NCBI RefSeq assembly: GCF_001194135.2 | Contig: NC_068993.1 | Coordinates: 12,764,101 to 12,810,676, forward strand | Length of the DNA stretch: 46,576 nucleotides | Direction: 5' to 3' | Origin: Octopus bimaculoides | Lineage: Eukaryota | Part shown: piece after piece, positions 22,686-33,884 of the stretch | Layout: every line of letters begins with the position of its first letter | How positions within the stretch are numbered: position 1 is the first letter of the stretch | The notes under the pieces: generated by a model | Database searches by the model: none | Told to the model about the DNA's origin: nothing | What the model saw: the letters and a program-made list of their open reading frames with translations, nothing else | Position numbers and translations under genes: made by a program

Positions 22686-22900
22686 AAGGGGGGATGACGA
22701 TGATGCTGACTGGTAACGATGCATCACATGGGGAAGCAACCGTATAGATAGTAACCTGTAACGAGATCGAACTTGTGATAGGGTCGTTACATGAAATAGC
22801 TGAAATAACCTGAAGTCAATGCTTCTGCGTATGAGGGAAATGTGAATTAAAAAGCAATATTATATGACGCTATTCTGAAAATAGGAAGCGTGGGTACGCA
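22686..22900 (+). mobile_element. Polypurine tract followed by TG; possible start of the 3' LTR
   Basis: aagggggga (22686-22694) then TG at 22695, immediately after the integrase relic. No second LTR in the window to confirm. Confidence 0.45.
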
Positions 22901-23151
22901 AACACACACACGCACACACATACACACACACACACGCACACACATACACACACACACACGTATCGTGAAGACAACACAATCTATCTGCAAGATGAATCGC
23001 CGTACCCCAGTAAATGAGACTATTGTAATATACACAATCTTGAAGTTTAATTTTGTATTCCATCTTATATAAACGTTCCTTGTTTAACTATNNNNNNNNN
23101 NNNNNNNNNNNNNNNNNNNNNNNNNNNNNNNNNNNNNNNNNNNNNNNNNNN

Positions 23152-23187
<36 letters not shown>

Positions 23188-23834
23188 TGTTTCTGTGAAT
23201 AGTTTACCTTATGATAGATAGATAGATAGATAGATAGGTAGGTGAGAGAGAGAGGGGGAAGACAACAGGCAAAATGAGATAGTGAGGGATAGAGCGGGAT
23301 AGAATATATCTACTGCATAAGGTACATGTATATAGAAATAAGTTAACGGGAGAGAACGAGATGAAGTGAGACCAGTAAGAGTAAAAATGAGTGAAAGAAA
23401 AGTGTATGATAGCTAAAGAGGAGAAAATGTCTTTCAAATATAGGGAGAGAAAAGCAATAATGAAGAAGAAATAAAAAAAAAGATAATGCAAGAAAACCAA
23501 TGAACGATTGTGTAAAAGAGAAGAGAGAATGAATAAGGCTAAATGAGTAAGAGAGACAGACTATTCGAGAATATTTTCGAGAAATAAAGAGAAATTGTTA
23601 AGATAAAAATAAAGATTATGAAAGTAAACATAATGGTGATAAAGAAAGTGAAAGTAAGTTGATGGAAGAAAGCGGGGGGGGGGTGAAAAAGACAATAAAG
23701 AACGACAGAAAGAACTAAGGTTTATTGTTGGAGAGAGAAAGATAGAATAACGGATGAGTGAAACGAAATGTAATGACAATGTTAGGAATATATAGATATG
23801 AAGGAAGGAAAACTAGTGAAAAAGAGTCACAAGG

Positions 23835-23845
23835 TGATTGTGTGT

Positions 23846-23914
<69 letters not shown>

Positions 23915-24132
23915 TTGCATACACGTGCGTGTGTGAGCGCGCACACACTGGCACATACACAGCACGCAAGTGAGAGGAAAGAGTGTGTGTGTGCGCGCTT
24001 GTGTGTGTATGTGTGTTCGTTACATATGTATTGTAGCGCGCACACACGAACATTGTCACATACGAGTGACAGAAATATATGTAGAACGGTTAAAGAACTG
24101 AAAAGACTGACAGATACACACACACACACGTG

Positions 24133-24163
<31 letters not shown>

Positions 24164-24212
24164 GTGTGAATGTGTATATATATTTATATGTGAATATATG
24201 TGTGTGTGTGTG

Positions 24213-24300
<88 letters not shown>
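23835..24300. repeat. (TG)n/(TA)n microsatellite cluster
   Basis: Direct runs at ~23845-23906 and ~24220-24298. Confidence 0.95.
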
Positions 24301-24302
<2 letters not shown>

Positions 24303-24651
24303 ATGTATACGTCTCTACAGACATACATATTTAAAGGGAGAAACGTACATGCAAGCATTACCGCCTTACAAAGACAAATATATCTGTAACAATATTAGAT
24401 AGATACATATCTAAAGAGTAAGACACAGAATGATGAAAGAAAGAAAGAGAAAGAGGGAAAGAAAGAAAGAAAGCAAACAAATGAAAGAACAAAGAAATAT
24501 CGAAAGAAAGAATGATAGAAGCAGAAATAAAGGAGAAAGATTGAGAGAGGAAGAAAGATAGAAAAAAGTATAGGTTAGTTGGAATTGTCAACGTAGAAAG
24601 CGACTCATAGTATAGTTCCAACACACACACACACACACTCACACACACACA

Positions 24652-24684
<33 letters not shown>

Positions 24685-25232
24685 AAACCACTCCAAGGCC
24701 TCCATAGCAGCAGATGCGCAGAACAGACTCGATTTCTGACGTGTTCGCGCAGCACAGCAATATGTGACGGAAGAAGGAGAGTAAGAGGTGGGAGTGGGGG
24801 GAAGATGCTATGACATTCGGCGTTAATGGCGGTGACAGAGATGAAGAATGATGATGATGTTGTTGATGATGATGCTGGTTGTGGTGTTTGTGTGACAGCG
24901 GCAATAGTTGTGACGATGCATTCAATACTATGTCTCCTCTCACTTCTACTCGTTGCTACCTTTGTCGAATGTAACTGTTGTTGTGGTTGTTGTTGTTGTT
25001 GTATAGCCCCAGGTTGTGTTCTGATTGAAAAGAAGTATGTGGTCAACGGAAGCGTTTCCAACCACGACCATCTCGTCTTCGCTTACTCCTTTATCCACTG
25101 TATCCATTTCTTTTGAAGACGACAGTGATTTGATAGGTATTTGGCTGCTATTTCTTGCAGGTTGAAACAACCACAAAGAGATCCTTCGCCGGTTTAATCG
25201 TTGATGCTTTATAAGTTGTAGTTGCAATGTTA

Positions 25233-25660
25233 GTGTTAGAAGTGGTAGTCTTTGTGTTGGAAGTGATGTTTGTGTTCTAGTATTGGAAGTGGTAGTCGTA
25301 GCAGTGTTAGTGTTAAAAGTGGTGTTTGTGTTCTAGTGTTAAAAAGGTGTGTGTTCTAGTGCTGGAAGTGTTAGTCGTACTGTTAATGTTAAAAGTGATG
25401 TTTGTGTTCTTGTGTTAGGAGTGGTGTTTGTGTTCTAGTACTGGAGGTGGTAGTCGTAGTGTTCTAATGATAAAATTGGTGTTTGTGTTCTAGTGTTAAA
25501 AGTGGTGTCTGTGTTCTAGTACTGGAAGTGGTAGTCGTAGTGTTCTAATGTTAAACGTGGTGTTTGTGTTCTAGTTCTGGAAGTGGTAGTCGTAGTGTTA
25601 ATGTTAAAAGTGATGTTTGTGTTTTAGTACTGGAAGTGGTACTCGTAATGTTAGTGTTAG
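25233..25660. repeat. Degenerate GT-rich minisatellite (~55-bp units of 18-21-bp subunits)
   Basis: Recurrent gtgtttgtgttctagt, actggaagtggtagtcgtagtgtt and aatgttaaaagtg blocks. Confidence 0.85.
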
Positions 25661-26354
25661 AAGCGTTAGTATAGGTACAAAGTCCACAGATGTGGCACGA
25701 GTGTATATATAGTATTTGTAGTGTTGTTTATCGTGTTGGTGCAAGTTTTGGTTGTGGTGCTTGTTGTGTTGGTGCCAGCGTTTGAAGTGGTGGATGAGTG
25801 TTGCTACTTGTATCAGAAGTGAAAACAGGAGTATTGGCGCTAGTAACGGCAGTGGTTTTTGTAGTGCTGGTGTTAATGCTAGTGTCCGTAGTGGTACGGC
25901 TAGTGCTGGTGCCAGTGTATGTAGTGGTGTTTGTAGTCTTCGTGAAGGAATGCAAATGGTGTTTGTAGCAGTGATACTCGCATTGGAAGTAGTAGCGCTG
26001 GTGCTAGTTTTGTCATTGATTAAACATAGTATAGGCACAAGTATGTGTTGTACCTGTAGTGGCATTTGCACTAGCTTCGGTAGTGGTGCTTGTATTATTT
26101 GGTATTAGAGTTGGAACTGGTAGTTGTAGTGTTGCTACAACTCACCGTAATGGTGTTTGAAGTGTTGGTGCTAGTATGGCAGAGGTGGCTCTAATGTTTT
26201 AATCAACGAGACCCATAGTAGGTCATGTTGGTTTCAATAATGCAGAGTTGTTTTGGTTTCGATGGTAGTATGTGGTGGTGGTAGTGGCTGTTGTGGTGAA
26301 GGCTGTTGTGGTTAGTGTTACTATTGGCATAACTGTTATTGTTGTCGTTGTTAA

Positions 26355-26572
26355 GGCAGTGTGCTGGTAGAATCGTTAGCACATCAGACACAATACTTAG
26401 CAACATTTCTTTCAATTCTTTACGTTCAGTGTTCAAATTCCACCGTAATCGACTTTACCTTTCATCCTTTTGGGGGTCAGTAAAAATCTTATAACTAGGT
26501 GAGCATTGGGAGTCAATGCAATAGACTAAACTCCTCTCTTGAAGATTTGCTGGTCTTGTACCAAAACTTCGA
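26355..26572 (+). mobile_element. SINE family A, diverged
   Basis: ggcagtgtgctggtagaatcgttagcac...gttcaaattccaccgtaatcgact...catccttttgggg. Confidence 0.8.
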
Positions 26573-28179
26573 ACCATTATTATTGCTGTTTGGACATGCA
26601 TATTATCAAAGGTATTCCAATCACTTTATTTGCTGGGAATTTAGTACAATATTATATATTAAGCGTAACTGTAACATGAGGGTGATCTGGCCGCTATTTC
26701 TTACAGGTTGAGCAACCATAGACAAGTTTTTTCGTTTCTTCGATGGTGTTGATGTCCGTTTTGGTAAAGACAATGTTTGTGAAATTGTGATGGTGATACT
26801 ATGGTGCTGCCGTTAGTCATGTCGTGATCTTGGTATTGTTCTTGTTACGGTGTTGATGGTGCTGTTTCGGCGGCACATTTGCTGTGGTGGTGGTGGTGGT
26901 GTTGGTTTAGTGGTTTTTGTTGCAGTATTGTGAAGGTTGTGGCACTTTTGTTCCGATTGTGTTGTTGCAGTTGTGGCGATGTTAGTATTACCGTTAATTT
27001 TGTTTCTCTTTTTTACTTTGCAGTTGGCATTGTCAAGAGCGTTGTTGTTATAATGGTCGACTTAGTGTCGGTGATGCTGGCTTGCTTTTGTTGTTGTGAA
27101 GGTGGCGTTGTTGTCGTTGCCGGGACTGTCGTAGCATCATCATGGTGATAAGATCATGTTGATGTTGCTCACATGGTTTTATCGACGGTTGCGGTTGTAG
27201 TGCTGGCAACATAGTATTGTTAGAAACGTATAGTAACTGTAGTTGTGATAACACTGTATTCTTGTTAGTGTTGAAAGCTATAATGTAGATAACTAGTCTA
27301 GTGCACGTTGTAATCGTTGTTTAGCCCTAGGTAACTTATTTTCAAGCTAATCCCTTATGATCAGATACATTCCAATCGTGAGCATTCTGTTTATTTATTT
27401 AGTTTTTTCTATTATACAAGAACACAGTTCCTTATTAACAAACGTTATCAGTTTTTGAGACGGATTGTGATCTGTTGAACATTTTGGCTGTTATTTCTAA
27501 CAGGTCGAGCGTGAGATGTAAGGGTTAATGGAGACGGTTGTGATAGTGTGATGAGAGTGTAGTGCTAAGGATAATGGTGGTGGTGAGGCGGATGCTAGTT
27601 ATGTTGGTGACAATTTTAAATACGGTGATGTATTGTTGTTTTTGCGACTGTCATTGATGTTGTCAGGGTATATAACCCTAGGTCGGACCTATTCGGAAAG
27701 ACCTATGATCATAGAAAATCCAGCCGTGCCCATCCCTATTGTTTTCCTACACACAATGAAACCGGGACCACATTATCCAACACGTGCTTTATTTTTTTAA
27801 ATGGTAGTGCGTGATTTCGCGACGATTAGACTGCTATGTCTAGCACAGCGAGTGGCCGCACAGAGGCTCCATCATCTGTTGTTATATATAGTGGTGATGA
27901 GGATGCTGATGTAGATGGCGGTGCTACTAAATCATAGAAGAATGAAAGAATGACAGAATAAAGTAAGAAATAAAGAAACATGTTCCATGAGTTTACGACT
28001 GCTGCTGCTGCTGCTACTGCAGCCACTGATGCTGTTGGTGTTGACGATGATGCTGCTGCACATGGTGATGTTGTCACTATTGTCGCTGTCGTTATTTGCA
28101 ACGCCTGTTATTGCTGCTGCTACAGCCGCCGCTGCTGCTGTTGTTGTTGATGTTGTTGTTGTTGTTATTGCAACTACTG

Positions 28180-28900
28180 CCATGGATGTTGTTGTTTTTG
28201 TTGTCGTCAATGTTGGAAATGATGATGATGACGATGATGATGACGTTGATGACGATGACGATGATGATGATGACGACGACGATGATGACGACGACGATGA
28301 TGACGACGACGATGATGACGACGACGATGATGACGACGACGATGATGATGACGATGATGATGATGACGATGACGACGATGTCGACGATGATGATGACTAC
28401 GATGATGATCATGATGATTACGATGATGATGACCACAAAGATGACGATGATGATGATAACGATGATGATGATAACGATGATGATGATGATAACGATGATG
28501 ATGATAACGATGATGATGATGATAACGATGATGATGATGATAACGATGATGATGATAACGATGATGATGATAACNNNNNNNNNNNNNNNNNNNNNNNNNN
28601 NNNNNNNNNNNNNNNNNNNNNNNNNNNNNNNNNNNNNNNNNNNNNNNNNNNNNNNNNNNNNNNNNNNNNNNNNNNNNNNNNNNNNNNNNNNNNNNNNNNN
28701 NNNNNNNNNNNNNNNNNNNNNNNNNNNNNNNNNNNNNNNNNNNNNNNNNNNNNNNNNNNNNNNNATGATGATAACGATGATGATGATAACGATGATGATG
28801 ATAACGATGATGATGATAACGATGATGATGATAACGATGATGATGATAACGATGATGATGATAACGATGATGATGATAACGATGATGATGATGATCGTTG
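28180..28900. repeat. (GAT/GAC)n expansion with higher-order gatgatgat(gat)aac units
   Basis: Direct runs on both sides of gap 28575-28764; source of the 608-aa poly-Asp ORF. Confidence 0.95.
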
Positions 28901-29849
28901 CGATGACGACAACGATAATCACAAACGTTGTGATGATTATTGGGGGGAGGGGATGCTTGTGGTGGCGGAAAGAATGATAGCGATTGTGGCGGTGGAGATG
29001 ATGATGGCGGCGGCGGCGGCGGTGGAGTTGAAGACGATGATGGTTGCGGTGGCAGTGGTGGCGATGGGTGCGATGCGATGCGGCGATGGTGGTGGTGGTG
29101 ATGATGGTGGTGGTGATGATGATGATGATGGTGACGATGATCATGTTGTAGTTGTCATCGATTCTCTTCTGCTGCCTGTCATCACCATTGATACTTACTA
29201 CGACTACCATTGCCGTAACCATCGACATCACAAGCGCTATCACTGCCACCACCACCACCACCACCACCACCACCACCACCACTACCACCTTTGTGAACCA
29301 TACCACTTCTATGCTGACCGTGACCACCCCCACCATCACCACCACCGTCAAAGGCCACCACCACCATTATCACCAACAACAACAACAGCAACACTGACAA
29401 CCTCGACGCCATCAAAACAACCGCCATCGGCAAGTCCAAGTAATAACACCACCACCACCACCACCATCATCACAACCATTTCATCATCTTATCCAACAAC
29501 TATACCACCACCACCATCACCACGACTACTACTATTACTACTACTGCTGCTGCTGCCATCATCATCATCATCGTTGTCTCCAACAGCTGAAACAGAACCA
29601 TCGCCTTTACCATCAACAGCAGCATCGTCACCGTCGTTTATCAACAGTAATAAAACCGCCATCACCGTCACCACCACCACCACCACTGTCATCATTATCA
29701 TCGTCATCGTCCTCAGTTATAATACAATTACCATCATCATCATCATCATCATTCAACTAAGCAGTATGATTATCACTTACCATCAAGACTATCAACAACA
29801 TCAAAGACCTTAGGCTATGATTCCAGGGAGATTTGGTTTCTATTTCTAG

Positions 29850-29888
29850 CGATGGGTCTCTCCGAACAAATCGACCCGAATGCTGCTT

Positions 29889-29919
<31 letters not shown>

Positions 29920-30030
29920 TTATTATTATTATTCTGTGTAAAGTCTTTTGCGTTTCTATCGTTCAGTTTCGTCGAATCGCTAAGTTACGGGGACGTACAC
30001 AAACCAGAAACAAATTGTCAAATGATGGCC
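29850..30030 (-). mobile_element. Degenerate family C tail fragment
   Basis: gaacaaatcgacc...cgctaagttacggggacgtacacaaaccag...ttgtcaa parallels 21030-21140. Confidence 0.65.
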
Positions 30031-30350
30031 GAGGAGGGTTGAGCGGTGGGGGTGGGGGAAACTCAGACGTCGTGACACACGCGTACACAGACAGGATGTG
30101 ATTTTAGAGAGTTTGGCCTTCTATTTCTAGCAAATCGCTCGACCACTTCGTGGCTCCAACGGTGGTAGTAGTACTAGTAATGGAGGTGGTGGTGGTTAGT
30201 ATGTTAGCCCAGTAAACAATACACACATACACAACGAGTGTGGGTGGATTTGTCACAGTATTCAATTTAACAGGATGGGTGGAGTGATTGAAACGCATTG
30301 CGTTTCTAACCATTTTCTCTTGCTGTCTGAGTTCAAATTCCTTTCTACTC

Positions 30351-30546
30351 TAGGCACAAGGCCAGACATTCTACGGGAGTGGGTCAGTCGATTATCTAAT
30401 CGACCCCAGTACGCAACTGGTACTTAATTTATCAGCCCCGAAAGGATGAAAGGCAAAGTCGACCTCAGCGGAATTTGAACTCAGAACGTAAAGACAGACG
30501 AAATACCGCTCAGCATTTCGCCCGACGTGCTAACATTTCTGCCACC
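30351..30546 (-). mobile_element. SINE family A, well preserved
   Basis: taggcacaaggcc...ccccgaaaggatgaaaggcaaagtcgacctcagcggaatttgaactcagaacgta...gctaacatttctgcca. Confidence 0.9.
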
Positions 30547-30639
30547 ATCAAATGATTACCAGTTTCGGGCTGAATCAGTGCAATCCTCAATACTTTTATC
30601 AGACAAACAAATGGACTAGGGTCAATTTCTTTAACATTA

Positions 30640-30920
30640 ATCTCCTATAAAATGTATCGTGTCTACCCTCAAAATATTTCGGCTGTAGGTCCCAAATATA
30701 TTGACTCCCAGAATGTTTGGTTTATACAACCAACATAGGTCTACAATACCCTTCAAAAAATATACTCTACCATCAATATATTTCGACTCTACTTCAAATC
30801 TAAAACACATTTACTTTACTGCATCCTCCAGAATATACAGACACTGTCCTCCAAAATTTGCAGTTACGGCCCTCCAAAATATACAGACTCTGTCTTCCAA
30901 ATCCTCTATATACAGTTTTC
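30640..30920. repeat. Degenerate ~22-bp tandem repeat
   Basis: Recurrent cctccaaaatatacagactctgt-like units (cctccagaatatacagacactgt, cctccaaaatttgcagtt, cctccaaaatatacagactctgt). Confidence 0.6.
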
Positions 30921-32071
30921 CGAAAACTACCGGTCCTCTCATGTATATATATATATATATACAGCGGCGGGCTGGCCAGGTTGTCAGTTTGCCTGATGGC
31001 AAGTGGGCCCCTGCGCCATTAGAACCCATATGTGCGTTTGTGTGTGTCTTGAGTTTGTGTAGCCTAGTGTCCACGTTAGAAAACAATGTTAACGAGAAGC
31101 CATTTTGCATGGTTGTGTAACCGGCCAGAAAACGCAGCCAAATCACCTCATCACAATCCATCGTCTTGGAAATGGAAAGCAAGAAATTATCGATTCTGCC
31201 TTAGAGAATATTTTCACTAAATTCCAAAATGCGTCAACTCCCAGNNNNNNNNNNNNNNNNNNNNNNNNNNNNNNNNNNNNNNNNNNNNNNNNNNNNNNNN
31301 NNNNNNNNNNNNNNNNNNNNNNNNNNNNNNNNNNNNNNNNNNNNNNNNNNNNNNNNNNNNNNNNNNNNNNNNNNNNNNNNNNNNNNNNNNNNNNNNNNNN
31401 NNNNNNNNNNNNNNNNNNNNNNNNNNNNNNNNNNNNNNNNNNNNNNNNNNNNNNNNNNNNNNNNNNNNNNNNNNNNNNNNNNNNNNNNNNNNNNNNNNNN
31501 NNNNNNNNNNNNNNNNNNNNNNNNNNNNNNNNNNNNNNNNNNNNNNNNNNNNNNNNNNNNNNNNNNNNNNNNNNNNNNNNNNNNNNNNNNNNNNNNNNNN
31601 NNNNNNNNNNNNNNNNNNNNNNNNNNNNNNNNNNNNNNNNNNNNNNNNNNNNNNNNNNNNNNNNNNNNNNNNNNNNNNNNNNNNNNNNNNNNNNNNNNNN
31701 NNNNNNNNNNNNNNNNNNNNNNNNNNNNNNNNNNNNNNNNNNNNNNNNNNNNNNNNNNNNNNNNNNNNNNNNNNNNNNNNNNNNNNNNNNNNNNNNNNNN
31801 NNNNNNNNNNNNNNNNNNNNNNNNNNNNNNNNNNNNNNNNNNNNNNNNNNNNNNNNNNNNNNNNNNNNNNNNNNNNNNNNNNNNNNNNNNNNNTGAATAC
31901 GGTTAAATGATATAATTATTAAAAAGAAATAACTATAAACCTGCGCTTTTTAACGAAGATCTTTTGATATTTGTTTCACCCAATTTAGCGAAAAACAAAC
32001 CATCAAAAATACTGAGAATTACATATTAGTTGACTGAAAAGAATGTCATATAATGTCATATAATACGAATA

Positions 32072-32304
32072 CAATAATCCCTCGACTATCGCGGGTGTTA
32101 CGTTCCCCCCCCCCAAAAAAAAACCGCGATAGGCGAAAATTCACAAAGTACAAACAGTACTGTACAGTATATTTTTACTATTATTTTTATAATTTGTTTA
32201 TATTCATTGTATTATAAATGCAAAACAGCACCACAGAGGAATCGGTGTAAGCTTAAATGAAAAGCCGCGATAGGTGAACCACGATATGGCGAGTTCACCT
32301 ATCG
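32072..32304. mobile_element. Tc1/mariner-superfamily (Tigger/pogo-like) MITE with an altered right terminus
   Basis: TA then caataatccctcgactatcgcggg (left TIR, CAGTAATCCCTCG-type), AT-rich interior, subterminal ccgcgatagg repeats at ~32125 and ~32265. The expected right TIR end is absent. Confidence 0.7.
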
Positions 32305-32511
32305 AAAACAAGTTTCCTGTAGGAAATAAGTTTTAAAAATGAGGTTCCTTCTTCTGCCATCTTAAGTATTATCATTCTTGTTCAGATAAGTAGCAGTAAT
32401 ATACTGGGGTTCATTCTTAGTCTTCTGGGAAACATATTAAACTGCAATTGTGGTGAGGCTGTATCTCGGGTGTTAAGTGATAAGGAGAGTATTGGATTGT
32501 CCCATACTTAC

Positions 32512-32559
32512 CACTTCTTCCGGGTTCACTGAGACCCGAGGAAGTCGGACGCCAGTCAT
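32512..32559 (-). CDS. Candidate initiating coding exon MTGVRLPRVSVNPEEV (exon 32512-32582)
   Basis: Acceptor tcttgtatgcttcaatcacag|, in-frame TGA two codons before the ATG, phase-0 consensus donor GTG|gtaagt. No homolog recognised. Confidence 0.3.
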
Positions 32560-33500
32560 GTATCAGCTATCAGGGAATAGTCCTGTGATTGAAGCATACA
32601 AGATTCATAGGAGGTCTGGTCCCCTAGACGTGTCACACAGGCCCACTTGATGTACGAAGAGTTCTGATGTTGCGTGCACCTCTCTCGCTAGATAAAGGTT
32701 AAATATGCCTGTATTTCAAGGCGAATCTCAAGAGAGCAGGAGACGGCAGTTAAACATAAATAAATATGCAAAGCAATGGCAAAACTACTGCAGTATCTTT
32801 CCCAAGAAAAAGCATGATTCTTTACAGAGAGGGAGAGAGACTGTACTAAACAATATTCACTTAACATAAAGGTAACGATTGGCTACGCATTGTCCCTTCA
32901 TAGAACCGAATAACACCACAATTATCCAATGCTACTTATTTAGAGCGAGTTAAAATACATTTACTTAGCTAAGAAATATATTTAAATTTGAATAAACAAT
33001 ATTCACCCTACATTACTCATACACTACGAACTCTTCCCATACGCACCTTATACAAATTAATATAGAGGTGACCTATAACTACTGAAAAGTAATTAGATGA
33101 AGGTGGGTAACACTATAGCCCAGCAAAAGTAGTTTTTTTTTTTTTGTCCGTTTTTATTTTTAGGTAAATATTATATATTTAGAACATCTATGTAAAAAAA
33201 ATTGTCTAATCTAAGCAAATATGTAAGTAATAGTCTAAAAACATCTAATTAAAATTAGAACATATCGAAATTTTAGTAAAAGAAGTAATCACCATACATT
33301 ACCCATCCACTGAGATGTGAACCCGCACACTGTCAGCTCTATCAACTTTGTCGCGGTAGACAAGGACTCTACGTAGTCTATATGACCAGCTAAAAATAGC
33401 TGTCAAGTTCACTCACGTCATAGTGAATCGTTTTGAAAGAGGAAGAACTCTTGAAAATTTAGCTATATACGTATATGTACATACATACACATGTATGTAT

Positions 33501-33884
33501 TGTTGTTGTTGGCACTCCGTCGCTTACGACGTCGAGGGTTTCAGTTGATCCGATCAACGGAACAGCCTGCTTGTGAAATTAACGTGCAAGTGGCTGAGCA
33601 CTCCACAGACACGTGTACCCTTAACGTAGTTCTCGGGGATATTTAGCGTGACAGTGTGACAAGGCTGACCCTTTGAATTACAGGCACAACAGAAACAGGA
33701 AGTAAGAGTGAGAGAAAGTTGTGGTGAAAGAGTACAGTGGGGTTCGCCATCATCTCCTGACGGAGCCTTGTGGAGTTTTAGGTGTTTTCGCTTAATAAAC
33801 ACTCACAACGCCCGGTCTGGGAATCGAAACCGCGATCCTATGACCGCGAGTCCGCTGCCCTAACCGCTGGGCCATTGCGCCTCC
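33501..33884 (-). mobile_element. SINE family B, full length, 14-bp TSD (1 mismatch)
   Basis: Reverse complement of 12188-12548. TSD acacatgtatgtat (33487-33500) and acacacgtatgtat (33885-33898). Confidence 0.95.

Noticed and set aside
27987-29813. 608-aa ORF (poly-L/V/D/H/T) and overlapping antisense ORFs
   Set aside because: Entirely trinucleotide-repeat derived, spans an N gap, open in several frames on both strands, and has no domain content.
31150-31170. 18-nt minus microexon (TMDCDE)
   Set aside because: AAG acceptor, and the donor overlaps a copy of the dispersed tttggctgc repeat motif.
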